A DNA stretch of 60,927 bases, counting the filler. It is 5 parts of 5 records of this genome, joined end to end, with 100 filler letters (N's around TTAATTAATTAA, not from the genome) between each part and the next. Parts side by side here need not be neighbours in the genome. Positions count along the whole stretch, not along the records: positions 30,486 to 37,650 come from SRR20825006_2070; positions 37,751 to 45,926 come from SRR20825006_2075; 3 more parts are not named here. One strand, written 5' to 3'. Below, in pieces: positions 30,487 through 40,938 of the stretch; position 1 is the stretch's first letter, and each line of letters begins with the position of its first letter. Under the pieces are notes generated by a model, which saw only the letters and a program-made list of their open reading frames with translations, was not told the origin of the DNA and did not search any database. The translations under genes were made by a program, and so were the position numbers.

Positions 30487-30984
30487 CCGAGCCTGCGCCC
30501 GGCCTTTGCCAAAGATGGCACCGTGACTGCGGCCAATGCGTCTTCCATTTCTGATGGGGCGGCGGCGTTGGTGCTGATGCGGGAGAGCGATGCCAAAGCT
30601 AAAGGCTTGAACATCCGCGCGCGGATCATCGGCCACCAAAGCCATGCGCATGAGCCAGGTTGGTTCACCACCGCGCCAGTACCTGCCATGCAAAAGCTGA
30701 TCGACAAGATCGGCTGGGCAGTAGATGATGTGGATCTTTGGGAAATCAACGAGGCCTTTGCCGTGGTGACCCTCGCTGCGATACATGACCTCAAGATTGA
30801 CGCTGATCGCGTAAATATTCACGGCGGCGCTTGTGCGCTTGGCCACCCAATTGGCGCTTCTGGCGCGCGTATTCTCGTAACGCTCTTGCATGCACTTGAA
30901 CACACCTCTAAAAAGCGCGGTGTTGCATCGCTATGTATCGGTGGGGGTGAAGCAACGGCCGTGGCAATTGAGATTGCCGAATAA
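30487..30984 (+). CDS. Acetyl-CoA acyltransferase (thiolase), 5'-truncated
   Basis: GTVTAANASSISDGAAA, EINEAF, GHPIGASG, LCIGGG. Confidence 0.93.
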   Translation, partial: PSLRPAFAKDGTVTAANASSISDGAAALVLMRESDAKAKGLNIRARIIGHQSHAHEPGWFTTAPVPAMQKLIDKIGWAVDDVDLWEINEAFAVVTLAAIHDLKIDADRVNIHGGACALGHPIGASGARILVTLLHALEHTSKKRGVASLCIGGGEATAVAIEIAE

Positions 30985-31002
30985 CTTACGGAGACCAATA
31001 AG

Positions 31003-31752
31003 ATGAAAATTCTTGTACCCGTGAAACGGGTCGTTGATTACAACGTCAAAATCCGCGTGAAAGCGGACGGAACTGGCGTTGATCTCGCCAATGTGAAAAT
31101 GAGCATGAACCCCTTTGACGAAATTGCTGTTGAAGAGGCGTTGAAGCTGAAAGAAGCTGGCAAGGCGGAAGAAGTGATTGTGGTGTCGATCGGCCCAGAC
31201 AAGGCGCAAGAGACGTTGCGCACAGGTTTGGCCATGGGCGCGGATCGCGGCATTCTGATCAAGACAGATGAAACGGTGGAGCCGCTTGATGTGGCCAAGT
31301 TGCTGAAAGCTGTTGTGGATGAAGAACAGCCACAATTGGTGATTTTGGGCAAGCAGGCCATTGATGATGATGCCAACCAAACAGGCCAAATGCTGGGCGC
31401 GCTGCTCGGCTGGGGCCAAGGCACGTTCGCTTACACTGTTGAACTCAATGACAATGGCGTGGATGTGACCCGCGAAGTGGATGGCGGGTTGCAAACCGTA
31501 TCGCTCTCCCTGCCCGCGATCATCACCACAGATTTGCGCCTCAATGAGCCGCGCTATGCCTCTTTGCCGAATATTATGAAGGCGAAGAAAAAGCCTTTGG
31601 ACGTTAAAGAGCCAGGTGATTTTGGCATTGAGATCAAAAACCGTTTGACCGTTCTTGAAACCACCGAGCCGCCAAAACGCAAGGCGGGCATTAAAGTGGG
31701 TTCTGTTGCAGAGCTGGTTGATAAATTGAAGAACGAAGCGGGGGCAATCTAA
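31003..31752 (+). CDS. etfB: Electron transfer flavoprotein beta subunit
   Basis: [50 protein letters not shown]. Confidence 0.97.
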   Translation: MKILVPVKRVVDYNVKIRVKADGTGVDLANVKMSMNPFDEIAVEEALKLKEAGKAEEVIVVSIGPDKAQETLRTGLAMGADRGILIKTDETVEPLDVAKLLKAVVDEEQPQLVILGKQAIDDDANQTGQMLGALLGWGQGTFAYTVELNDNGVDVTREVDGGLQTVSLSLPAIITTDLRLNEPRYASLPNIMKAKKKPLDVKEPGDFGIEIKNRLTVLETTEPPKRKAGIKVGSVAELVDKLKNEAGAI

Positions 31753-32684
31753 TGACGACACTTTTGATTGCTGAACATGACAATAAGAGCTTGAACGAAG
31801 CCACCTTGCGCGCGGCCAGTGCGGCAGCGCAATTGGGCGGCGGATTTGATGTGTTGGTGGCTGGCGAAGGTGCAGGCGATGTGGCAGCAGAAACAGCAAA
31901 AATCGCAGGTGCAGGCAAAGTGTTGCACGCCGACAATGGAGCTTTTGCTCACCAATTGGCAGAGCCAGTTGCCGACCTGATCGTCTCCTTGGCCGATGGC
32001 TATGATGCGATTGTGGCTCCCGCAACTTCAAACTGGAAAAACACCCTGCCTCGCGTGGCAGCTTTGCTTGATGTGATGCAAATTTCTGACATCACCGAAG
32101 TGGTGAGCGGTGACACCTTTGTGCGCCCAATCTATGCGGGCAATGCGTTCCAAAAAGTGCAAACCAGCGACGCCAAAAAGGTGATCACGGTGCGCACCAC
32201 CGCTTTTGAAGCGGCCGCATTGGACGGCAGTGGCAGCGTGGAAAGCGTAGACAGCGCACCAGCCAATTCCATTTCCAGCTTTAAAAGCGAAGAACTGGCC
32301 GGCGGTGATCGGGTTGAATTGGCGAGCGCCAAAGTTGTGGTTTCTGGTGGCCGTGCTTTCGGCTCGAAAGAAAAGTTCAACGAGTTGCTTGAGCCATTGG
32401 CCGACAAGCTGGGCGCAGCGCTTGGCGCTTCTCGCGCGGCAGTGGACGCGGGCTATGCTCCGAACGATTGGCAAGTGGGCCAAACCGGCAAGGTTGTGGC
32501 ACCCAAGCTTTATATCGCTATCGGCATTTCTGGCGCGATCCAGCACTTGGCAGGCATGAAGGACAGCACCACCATCGTGGCGATCAACACCGACGAAGAT
32601 GCACCCATCTTCTCTGTGGCTGATTATGGCCTTGTGGGCGATCTGTTCACGCTGGTGCCTGAGCTGACAGCGGCTTTGGACTAA
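31752..32684 (+). CDS. etfA: Electron transfer flavoprotein alpha subunit
   Basis: [42 protein letters not shown]. Confidence 0.97.
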   Translation: MTTLLIAEHDNKSLNEATLRAASAAAQLGGGFDVLVAGEGAGDVAAETAKIAGAGKVLHADNGAFAHQLAEPVADLIVSLADGYDAIVAPATSNWKNTLPRVAALLDVMQISDITEVVSGDTFVRPIYAGNAFQKVQTSDAKKVITVRTTAFEAAALDGSGSVESVDSAPANSISSFKSEELAGGDRVELASAKVVVSGGRAFGSKEKFNELLEPLADKLGAALGASRAAVDAGYAPNDWQVGQTGKVVAPKLYIAIGISGAIQHLAGMKDSTTIVAINTDEDAPIFSVADYGLVGDLFTLVPELTAALD

Positions 32685-32688
32685 TTTG

Positions 32689-33483
32689 ATGAGCTTGCCC
32701 ACGCTCACCGATGCCAAATTGAGTTTGGATGCGGGCGTGGCCACGCTGACATTTTGCCGTGAGGACGTGTTGAACGCCCTCACCGGCACCAATCTGATCG
32801 ACGACATTATCGATACCCTTGATTGGGCCGAAGCCAGCCCCGACGTTGGTTGCGTGATCCTTACCGGCACTGGCAAAAGCTTTTCTTCTGGTGGCAATGT
32901 GAAGGACATGCACGAGCGCACGGGCATGTTTTCCGGCGGGGTGGACGACATCGCGGCGGCCTATAAGGCCACCATCCAACGCATTCCGATGAAATTTGCC
33001 GAACTGAGTGTGCCCGTGATCGCCGCGATCAATGGTGTGGCTGTGGGCGCGGGCTTTGACCTGACTGCCATGTGCGATATCCGCATCGCCGCTGACCATG
33101 CGCGCTTTGGCGAAAATTTCGTCAATATGGGTCTGATCCCCGGCGATGGCGGTGCTTATTTCTTGCAGCGCGTTGTGGGCTATCAGCGGGCAGCAGAACT
33201 GACCTTTACCGGGCGCTTATTTGATGCCAAGGAAGCCAAAGAGATCGGCTTTTTGCTGGATGCCGTGCCTGCCGACCAATTGATGGATCGGGCCACCACA
33301 CTGGCAAAAGAAATCGCCTCTAAACCACGCTATCAAGTGCGGCAATCAAAATTGCTGATGCGCAAAGCCCAGCAGATGAACCTCTCTGACTTTTTGGATC
33401 ATACCGCCCTTGTGCAAGGCACCTGCCACCATTCAGGCGCGCACAAAGACGCGGTGGCAGCGTTTGTGAACAAACAACGGTAA
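32689..33483 (+). CDS. Enoyl-CoA hydratase/isomerase family protein
   Basis: LNAL, FSSGG, PVIAAING.A.GAG, CDIRIA, GLIPGDGG. Confidence 0.9.
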   Translation: MSLPTLTDAKLSLDAGVATLTFCREDVLNALTGTNLIDDIIDTLDWAEASPDVGCVILTGTGKSFSSGGNVKDMHERTGMFSGGVDDIAAAYKATIQRIPMKFAELSVPVIAAINGVAVGAGFDLTAMCDIRIAADHARFGENFVNMGLIPGDGGAYFLQRVVGYQRAAELTFTGRLFDAKEAKEIGFLLDAVPADQLMDRATTLAKEIASKPRYQVRQSKLLMRKAQQMNLSDFLDHTALVQGTCHHSGAHKDAVAAFVNKQR

Positions 33484-33582
33484 CGCCACGGGCCAACGCG
33501 CCATCAATCAAGTTCTTGTGCATTCTGAACTAAGGACAGGCGGGCTAACTCGATTTATTTTCTTCGTTCGGAGGAAATATTT

Positions 33583-34524
33583 ATGCCCTTAAGTCCAGAA
33601 ATTAGAGCCATTATTGATGAAGCGGCGCAGAAGCCGCTGTTTAACACTATGCCCATTGAGGAGGCGCGGGCCTTTATCGCCAAGATGAGCGAAGGCGGCG
33701 GATGGAGCGAGCCTTTGCCAGAACTCGGCGAAATTTATGACCGCACGGTGCGTGGGCCAGCGGGAGACATTCCCGTGCGCGTTTACCGTCCGACGGGAGA
33801 CGGGCCCTTCCCGCTGGTGGTTTATTTTCATGGCGGCGGCTTTGCCTTGGGCGACCTCAACATTGATGATGCCATGTGCCAACGCTATTGCCATGAGGCT
33901 GAGGCGGTGGTGGTCTCCGCCGATTATCGGCTGGCGCCAGAGCATAAATTTCCGGCAGCGCCGGAGGATTGCTACGCGGTAACCGTTTGGGCCATGGGCG
34001 ACGGCACCGCAGAGTTGGAAATCGACCCTGAACGCGCCGTAACCGCAGGCATGAGCGCTGGGGGCAATTTGGCCACGGCGGTGCCGATGATGTTGCGCGA
34101 TCGCGGGGCGAAGCAGGTGAAAGGACAATTGCTGCAAGTGCCAGTAGCTGATTGTCCCGGTGACCCGGAAACCCAATCCTACCAAGATTTTGCCAACGGC
34201 TATATGCTGCCTGCTGAAGAAATGTATTGGTTTTGGGATATGTATACCGACAAGGACACAAGGCAGCACCCTTATGCCGCCCCGCTTCGGTCAGACAATC
34301 TTGCCAACTTGCCACCCGCCTTTGTGTTGACGGGCGAATGCGATGTGTTGCGAGATGAGGGCGAAGCCTATGCCGCAAAACTCAAGCAAGCGGGTGTGGA
34401 GGTACAGGCCATCCGCTATGACGGGGTAGACCATTTTGTGTGCGCCTTCACGGCCGTCAGCCCGATTTCACGCCGGGCTGTTGCCGACAAGATTGCGTGG
34501 CTAAAGGACATTTTTGCGCGATAA
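33583..34524 (+). CDS. HSL-family (family IV) esterase/lipase
   Basis: YFHGGGF oxyanion motif, DYRLAPEHKFPAA, GMSAGG nucleophile, DVLRDEG, His near the C-terminus. Confidence 0.92.
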   Translation: MPLSPEIRAIIDEAAQKPLFNTMPIEEARAFIAKMSEGGGWSEPLPELGEIYDRTVRGPAGDIPVRVYRPTGDGPFPLVVYFHGGGFALGDLNIDDAMCQRYCHEAEAVVVSADYRLAPEHKFPAAPEDCYAVTVWAMGDGTAELEIDPERAVTAGMSAGGNLATAVPMMLRDRGAKQVKGQLLQVPVADCPGDPETQSYQDFANGYMLPAEEMYWFWDMYTDKDTRQHPYAAPLRSDNLANLPPAFVLTGECDVLRDEGEAYAAKLKQAGVEVQAIRYDGVDHFVCAFTAVSPISRRAVADKIAWLKDIFAR

Positions 34525-34533
34525 GTTTGCCTT

Positions 34534-35322
34534 TTATTTCATCCAGTTGGCCGGGCGCTTATCGAAGAAGGCGCCGATGCCCTCTTGCGCGTCGGGCGTT
34601 TCCCAGGTGTCTGCCAATTGGCGGATGGTGTCGTCGATTAACGCTTCGTCCAGCCGTGGGCCGAGTTGGCGGGCGAGTTTTTTCGCGGCCGTGACCGCCT
34701 GCGGAGAGGTGGCGAAATAGGGTTTGATTTCGGCTTCCACAGCCTCATCCAGCAGTTCAAACGGCACTGATTTGGCGACAAGGCCCAATTGTTGCGCCCG
34801 ATCTGGTCCGAACAGGGCGGCAGAGAAGAAGACCTGACGGGCATTGCCCTCGCCCATGCGGGCCATCACATAGGGGCTGATGGTGGCGGGGATCAGGCCC
34901 AGCTTGGTTTCGGTGAGGCCGAATTTGGCGTGATCCGCCGCGACCACAATATCGCACACTGCCATCATGCCCACGCCGCCGCCAAAGGCATTGCCATTGA
35001 CCTTGCCGATTAGCGGTTTTTCCAGCGTGTTCAGCGCAAAGAGCATCATCGCCAGCTTTTTCGCTTCGGCCATACGGGTGGCCCGATCCGCATCAAACTG
35101 CTCGCGCATCCAGTTGAGGTCACCGCCAGCACAAAAGCTCTTGCCCGCACCTGTGAGCACCACCACGCGGATCGTCTCATCCTGATTGATCTCAGCGGCT
35201 GCGGCGGTGAGTTCCGCAATCATGTCCGCGCTCATGGCATTGTGCTTTTCGGCGCGATTCAGCATAAGCGTGGCGACGCCACGGGCATCGGTTTCCAAAG
35301 ATATGGTGGTGTAATCGGGCAT
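34534..35322 (-). CDS. liuC: Methylglutaconyl-CoA hydratase (crotonase family)
   Basis: FCAGGDL.WM, FGLTETKLGLIPATISPY; in an operon with HMG-CoA lyase and MCC. Confidence 0.85.
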   Translation of the reverse strand: MPDYTTISLETDARGVATLMLNRAEKHNAMSADMIAELTAAAAEINQDETIRVVVLTGAGKSFCAGGDLNWMREQFDADRATRMAEAKKLAMMLFALNTLEKPLIGKVNGNAFGGGVGMMAVCDIVVAADHAKFGLTETKLGLIPATISPYVMARMGEGNARQVFFSAALFGPDRAQQLGLVAKSVPFELLDEAVEAEIKPYFATSPQAVTAAKKLARQLGPRLDEALIDDTIRQLADTWETPDAQEGIGAFFDKRPANWMK

Positions 35323-35331
35323 GAGGGTTTC

Positions 35332-35700
35332 CTATTCGCAGGGCGTGCCTTGATGGAAGCGGAGTTGCCATTGATCGTTGATTTTGGTCCAGATGGAAGC
35401 GCGGTTGGCGCGTTCGATGGTGCAGTTGCGGGTCAACTCACTTAGATAGGTGATCAGCACGCTATTCTCATCAATGACGGTAATGTTGAAATTGGTGAGC
35501 GGCAAGCTGATGGGGATTTCGCCTGTCTCGTCTGCTGCTGGCAGCAATTCGTCCCGCGTGTAGGTGCGCCCTGAGCGGCCAAATTCAAAAAAGTCTGGCG
35601 CAAAGCATTTGTCCATGACCGCACGATCATAGCGGGTTTCGGCGCGCCATAAATCTTCTTCTAGTCGATAAAGCTGCTCTTTCAATTCTGCGGTCAGCAC
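35332..35700 (-). CDS. DUF4440/NTF2-like small protein
   Basis: F.EFGRSG, R.SIW....WQLRFHQGT. Confidence 0.8.
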   Translation of the reverse strand: MLTAELKEQLYRLEEDLWRAETRYDRAVMDKCFAPDFFEFGRSGRTYTRDELLPAADETGEIPISLPLTNFNITVIDENSVLITYLSELTRNCTIERANRASIWTKINDQWQLRFHQGTPCE

Positions 35701-35707
35701 AATAATT

Positions 35708-36556
35708 TTATCCCTTCAAGCTTTGGGCAAATTGGCTGGCTTTGGCGAGTTTTTCAAGGTCGAGGCCGGTGGCGAAGCCTTTGGTGTGTAGCAGGTTGGC
35801 GACTTTTTCGGTGGCGACATTGCCTTTGGCGCCGGGGGCATAGGGGCAGCCGCCAAGGCCGCCGACGGCGGCGTCGAAGGTGCGGAGGCCGTAGCCGAGG
35901 CACACTTCGATATTGTCGAGAGCGCGGGCGTGGGTGTCGTGGAAATGGCCAGCCAGTTTGGCGATGGGCACGACCTGTTGCACCGCTTGCAGCATCAGGG
36001 ATGTGGTTTCGGGCGTGGCGGCACCGATTGTGTCGCCGAGGCTGATTTCATAGCAGCCCATATCGTAAAGCGCTTTGGCGACGCGGGCGGTGTTTTCCGG
36101 CGGCGTAGGGCCATCATAGGGGCAATCGTTGACGCAGGAGACATAACCACGCACGGGGATATTGTCGGCCTTGGCGGCGGCGAGCACGGGGGCGAACCGC
36201 TCGAGGCTCTCATCGATGGAGCAATTGATGTTTTTCTGGCTGAAGCCTTCCGAGGCGGAGGCGAAGATGGCGACTTCATCGGCGCGGGCGGCTTTTGCGC
36301 CTTCATAACCGCGCAGATTGGGCGTAAGGGCGGCATAGGCGATGGCCGGATTGCGATTGATGCCCGCCAACACGTCTGCCGCGTCTGCCATTTGCGGCAC
36401 CCATTTGGGCGAGACAAAGCTGGTAACCTCGATCTTGCTGAAGCCGCACGCGGAGAGGAGATCGACTAGCTTGATTTTGTCGGCGGTGTCGATCAATTTT
36501 TTCTCGTTTTGCAGCCCGTCACGCGGGCCCATCTCAAATAATGTGACCTTATCCAT
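35708..36556 (-). CDS. liuE: Hydroxymethylglutaryl-CoA lyase
   Basis: GPRDGLQNE, SFVSPKWVPQMAD, EISLGDTIG, HFHDT, GLGGCPYAPGA.GN. Confidence 0.95.
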   Translation of the reverse strand: MDKVTLFEMGPRDGLQNEKKLIDTADKIKLVDLLSACGFSKIEVTSFVSPKWVPQMADAADVLAGINRNPAIAYAALTPNLRGYEGAKAARADEVAIFASASEGFSQKNINCSIDESLERFAPVLAAAKADNIPVRGYVSCVNDCPYDGPTPPENTARVAKALYDMGCYEISLGDTIGAATPETTSLMLQAVQQVVPIAKLAGHFHDTHARALDNIEVCLGYGLRTFDAAVGGLGGCPYAPGAKGNVATEKVANLLHTKGFATGLDLEKLAKASQFAQSLKG

Positions 36557-37650
36557 CTTCCGGCTCCAGCGTGATCAGCATGGCGCCATCTTGCACTTGA
36601 TCGCCGAGGGATACTAGCACTTCGGCAATCACTCCATCACGTGGCGCGGCGAGCGCGTGTTCCATTTTCATCGCCTCGATGGTGATCAGCTTGTCGCCTT
36701 TTTTCACCGTCTGCCCGGCCTCGGCCTTGAGGTCGACAATGGCCCCCGGCATGGGCGAGACCACATTGTCGCCAGAGGTGGCTTCTTCGGCCAATTCTAC
36801 CTCGACAATATCGAACTGGCGGCTCTGGCCATCAGTAAATAGGGTGAGCTGATTATGGGCCTGATGCACCCGCATTTTTTGCTGGTGATCGCCGAAATTC
36901 AGCACCAATTTTTCGCCGTCCAGTTTAGCCGATTTCACCTCAACGATTTGATTATCGAACGCGACTTGGTAGGTGCCCTCCAGAAGCTGGATGCGGCCAA
37001 TGATTTCGCGGTCCGCATGGTGCAGATGTAGGGGCAAGCTTTCGCCGGGCCATGCGCGGTAAGCGGGCAAGCTTTGCCAGATGTCTGCGCTCGGCTTTTG
37101 TGTCAGATTGCTGGCCACAATGAAGGCGGCGGCGATGGTTTCGGCGGGGAGCGTGACCGGTTCGATCAACGCGTCGAGATCGCGGTCAATCAGGCCGGTA
37201 TCTACCTTGCCCTGGGCAAAGTCCTGATGTTCGGTGAGGGCTTTCAAAAAGTCCTTATTGGTGACCAGCCCGACAATTTGACTGTTGCCGAGGGCCTTGT
37301 TGAGCTTTTGCAGGGCTTCTGCGCGATCATTGGCATGGACGGTGATTTTGGCGATCATCGGATCGTAGAAGGGCGAGATTTCATCGCCTGTGGCCACGCC
37401 GGAATCGATGCGGGCAGTTTGGTCATCCAACGCTAGATGCTGCAAGGTGCCAGTGGCGGGCAGAAAGCCTTTGGGCACGTCTTCCGCATAGAGCCGCGCT
37501 TCAAAGGCCCATCCATTGATCGAAAGATCATCCTGCGCCATTGGCAGATATTCGCCGCTGGCGACGCGCAATTGCCAGGCCACCAGATCTTGCCCGGTGA
37601 TCAGTTCGGTGACCGGGTGCTCCACTTGCAGGCGGGTGTTCATTTCCATG
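36549..37650 (-). CDS. liuD: 3-methylcrotonyl-CoA carboxylase alpha (biotin) subunit, 5'-truncated
   Basis: EMNTRLQVEHPVTE, FYDPMIAK, EAMKME biotinyl site; liu operon context. Confidence 0.88.
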
Positions 37651-37750
37651 NNNNNNNNNNNNNNNNNNNNNNNNNNNNNNNNNNNNNNNNNNNNTTAATT
37701 AATTAANNNNNNNNNNNNNNNNNNNNNNNNNNNNNNNNNNNNNNNNNNNN
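37651..37750. other. Artificial contig spacer
   Basis: N run + TTAATTAATTAA + N run. Confidence 0.98.
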
Positions 37751-37751
37751 G

Positions 37752-39122
37752 TTTCAGGAACAGGCCATGCAGATTGCCATCGTGGCTGCCGGCTATACTG
37801 GCGGTGAGGCCGATGAATTGCGCCGTGCCATGGCAACTTTTCGCCGCACCGGCACGATTGGCGCGCATCGCGACAAATTCATCAATGGCATGCAAAAAAA
37901 CGGATATGACGCCGAGTTTGCCGAACGCTGCTTCAAACAGATCGAAGGCTTCGCCGATTACGGCTTTCCCGAAAGCCATGCAGCCAGTTTTGCCATCCTT
38001 GCCTATGCGTCATCATGGCTTAAATGCCATCATCCTGATGTGTTCTTATGCGCCCTTCTGAACGCGCAACCGATGGGGTTTTATGCCCCGGCGCAACTGG
38101 TTGCGGATGCCAAAAATCATGGTGTCCGGGTGCTTGAAATCGATATCAATCACAGTTTCTGGGACAATCATCTGGAACGGGAACTGGGCCGCGCCAGCGG
38201 TCATCTTTCCGTCCGGCTGGGCTTCCGCCAGATCAAGGGGTTCGGGCAGTTCGATGCCCTGTCCCTGATCGCAAACCGCCCGACCGGCGGATTTCAGGAT
38301 ATCTTTCTGATGGCGCGCCAGACCGGGCTCTCACCCGCCGCCCTTGAAAAACTGGCCGAAGCCGATGCGTTTGGCTCCCTTGGCCTGTCACGGCGCGAAG
38401 CGTTATGGGCCGTCCGCCGGTTTGGCAAGGGGCGCAAGGCCCCGGCGGCCCTGCCCCTGTTTGAAGCTGCCCAGAATTTCAACCACAATATGGGCGTTTC
38501 CGCCGAATTCGGGCCCGAAGCCCCGGTCAACTTGCCAATCATGGGACCGGGCGAAGAAATCATCGAGGATTACGCAAGCCTGCGGCTGTCGCTTAAGGGG
38601 CATCCAATATCGATGCTACGCGATTCCCTGTCCGCAGCCGGGGTGTGCAAGGCGACCGATCTGGTCAATTTCAAGAATAACGAACGGATCAACCATGCAG
38701 GACTTGCCATTGTCCGCCAGCGGCCCGGCACGGCATCGGGGGTTGTTTTCATCACCCTTGAGGATGAAACAGGCATCACAAATCTTGTGGTCTGGAGCAA
38801 GGTGATGGAACAGTTCCGCCGCGAGGTTATGACCGCCACCGTCCTTGGCGTGTCGGGCAAACTTCAACGCGAAGATGGCGTCACCCACATCATCGCCGAT
38901 AAACTGGTCGACCTGTCGGGGATGCTGCAAAGCCTGACAGATAACACCCGCATTGCACGCGCCAATAACGCCCATCCCCGCAACCTGCGCTGGGCCACAC
39001 CCGCCGCAGGACCATCCGATCAAACCAGCCCCGTCCCCCAAGACCTTGATCAACTTGAACAACGCCACGGCAAACAGCAAAACACATCACGCCTTAAGGT
39101 CGATAGCCACGATTTCCACTAA
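37752..39122 (+). CDS. dnaE2: Error-prone DNA polymerase DnaE2 (ImuC), 5'-truncated
   Basis: FQEQAMQIA, YGFPESHAASFA, LLNAQPMGFY, RQRPGTASGVVFITLEDETG, C-terminal SHDFH. Confidence 0.95.
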   Translation, partial: FQEQAMQIAIVAAGYTGGEADELRRAMATFRRTGTIGAHRDKFINGMQKNGYDAEFAERCFKQIEGFADYGFPESHAASFAILAYASSWLKCHHPDVFLCALLNAQPMGFYAPAQLVADAKNHGVRVLEIDINHSFWDNHLERELGRASGHLSVRLGFRQIKGFGQFDALSLIANRPTGGFQDIFLMARQTGLSPAALEKLAEADAFGSLGLSRREALWAVRRFGKGRKAPAALPLFEAAQNFNHNMGVSAEFGPEAPVNLPIMGPGEEIIEDYASLRLSLKGHPISMLRDSLSAAGVCKATDLVNFKNNERINHAGLAIVRQRPGTASGVVFITLEDETGITNLVVWSKVMEQFRREVMTATVLGVSGKLQREDGVTHIIADKLVDLSGMLQSLTDNTRIARANNAHPRNLRWATPAAGPSDQTSPVPQDLDQLEQRHGKQQNTSRLKVDSHDFH

Positions 39123-39133
39123 GCCCTGAAACG

Positions 39134-39161
39134 AAAACACCCCGGTACGTAAACCGGGGTG
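39134..39161 (-). terminator. Terminator between convergent dnaE2 and M14 peptidase
   Basis: CACCCCGGT-ACGTAA-ACCGGGGTG stem; adjacent AAAA gives a U tail on the minus strand. Confidence 0.65.
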
Positions 39162-39186
39162 AATTGCCAAAGACTGATATTGTGGA

Positions 39187-40938
39187 TCAGCTTCGATCAA
39201 GGCTCTGCAACGCATCATAGGCGGCAACAACCGTTGCCATCTGCGCGGTATGGGCCGCGATGAAGGCATCGCCATAGATCGTTTCATCGGGATATTCGGT
39301 AATCAGGGTCAGCGGCACGTCATGACGATCATCAATGGAAATCATACACGGGAAACCATTGATGATCTGAAAACCGGTTTCACCGGCATGAATGCGATAA
39401 AGATCGATCTGTGCCGCATTGAATGCCAGAAGCCCCGGAATGGCGGCAAGTTTTCGGGTGACCTGATCGATAAAGTTTTCCGCCCGTTCCGACCATTCAT
39501 CATGATGACGCATGATCAGGAAGAACCCCTTTGGCAGGGTCCACATGCCAAACCCGCGCGGAACATATCCCGAAAGCGGCCGGGTCCATTCATGGCAGGG
39601 ATAGCCATGCAGATTGACATGCAGGCTTGCCCCGCTGATGGCACGCGCCCGTACCCGGATTTCCTTTTCATAAAGGCCATCACCGCTGCGATATTCCATG
39701 TCATCGCCAAGCGCTGTATAGCGCGCCGCGTGATGCATATGGAACGGGTTATCAACAATCAGGCGCTGATGAAGGGCATAACCATCCGGATTTTCCAGCG
39801 GTGAAATCGTGAAATGTGCCCCATCACGTTTTGCCAGCTCCAACGCCCCGCGAAGCGCGCCCGCAACACCGGAAATCTCGTTGGGATGCTGCCCGCCACT
39901 GATCATGACCGGCAAATCCGTACCCTTGTGATAGCGCGCATTCAAAATACGCCCTGATCGCGATGTCGCATGGAATTCTTCACCGCTGATCCCGTCAAGC
40001 TCTGCGCGGATTTGCGCAACCGTCAACGGGCGGGTGGTGCGATCAATCTGTTGCATCTCACCCGTTGTCTCGTCCTTTGACAGGGGGCGCAATTCAACCG
40101 TGACCCGGGCGTCACCATCACCGGATACCTGACGGATTTCCGGGACGATCTGTCCCGGCTGCAATCCGCGATCACCCAGCGGGCGGCCCGATTTGACCTG
40201 AAAATATTCCAGCAGCGAGAAATAGAAATCCTCGTGCAGGGCTTCATGCAGGCTCAGAACCTCGTGACCATGGGCGATCTTCTGATCATGCCCCGGCAGA
40301 TCAACCGAGATATTCAGTTCTTCGAAATAAGGTTCCTGATCGCCCCAGTCATGATCGGCAATGGCCGCCATGGTTTGGGCAAAAAGCGCCTCATATTCGG
40401 TTTCAGTCCGTTCATCGCGGACAATCTGACCATCGGCATCGATAATCCGCACCCAGCCGGTCGGCGACAGGTGGGTTTCATCAACCACATCCTGATGCAC
40501 CCGGTTTGGCGCAAAAACTTCGTGACGGGTTTCAACCCCATCTGATCCGCGCAGGATCACATCATAGGTACAATCGCAACGATCCGATGCCTCAAACGTG
40601 ATCAAGGCTGGCGTAACCAGGGCCGCCAAGGGATAGGTTTCAAGCAGGAAGCGATTATCCGCCGCATTTTGATGGCGCGGATAACGCACCGTGATATTGG
40701 CAATGCCTGATTTTGCCAGATCAATATCTTCAAGGAAGAAATGCAAAAGCGGCTTATAGGAACTACGAATGCGCGCCTTGATCCCCTGCTGGGCCAACTT
40801 TGCCTCGGCCGCGGCGCGGGTTTGGGCATCGTTAAACAACCATGCCTCAATAAGCTGCCCGGGGCGGGCGGCCTTGACGATTTCATCAATCAGGTTTGGA
40901 AGGGTCGGCGCAAAGGTGGTGGCGAAAATCTGTGTCAT
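39187..40938 (-). CDS. M14-like zinc carboxypeptidase with long N-terminal domain
   Basis: GQHPNE (HxxE), ENPDG, NLHGYP, terminal TEYPDE; last gene of the peptide ABC operon. Confidence 0.75.
   Translation of the reverse strand: MTQIFATTFAPTLPNLIDEIVKAARPGQLIEAWLFNDAQTRAAAEAKLAQQGIKARIRSSYKPLLHFFLEDIDLAKSGIANITVRYPRHQNAADNRFLLETYPLAALVTPALITFEASDRCDCTYDVILRGSDGVETRHEVFAPNRVHQDVVDETHLSPTGWVRIIDADGQIVRDERTETEYEALFAQTMAAIADHDWGDQEPYFEELNISVDLPGHDQKIAHGHEVLSLHEALHEDFYFSLLEYFQVKSGRPLGDRGLQPGQIVPEIRQVSGDGDARVTVELRPLSKDETTGEMQQIDRTTRPLTVAQIRAELDGISGEEFHATSRSGRILNARYHKGTDLPVMISGGQHPNEISGVAGALRGALELAKRDGAHFTISPLENPDGYALHQRLIVDNPFHMHHAARYTALGDDMEYRSGDGLYEKEIRVRARAISGASLHVNLHGYPCHEWTRPLSGYVPRGFGMWTLPKGFFLIMRHHDEWSERAENFIDQVTRKLAAIPGLLAFNAAQIDLYRIHAGETGFQIINGFPCMISIDDRHDVPLTLITEYPDETIYGDAFIAAHTAQMATVVAAYDALQSLDRS

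Noticed and set aside
37752-39122. dnaE2 without imuA/imuB
   Set aside because: The contig starts inside dnaE2, so upstream partners are simply not visible
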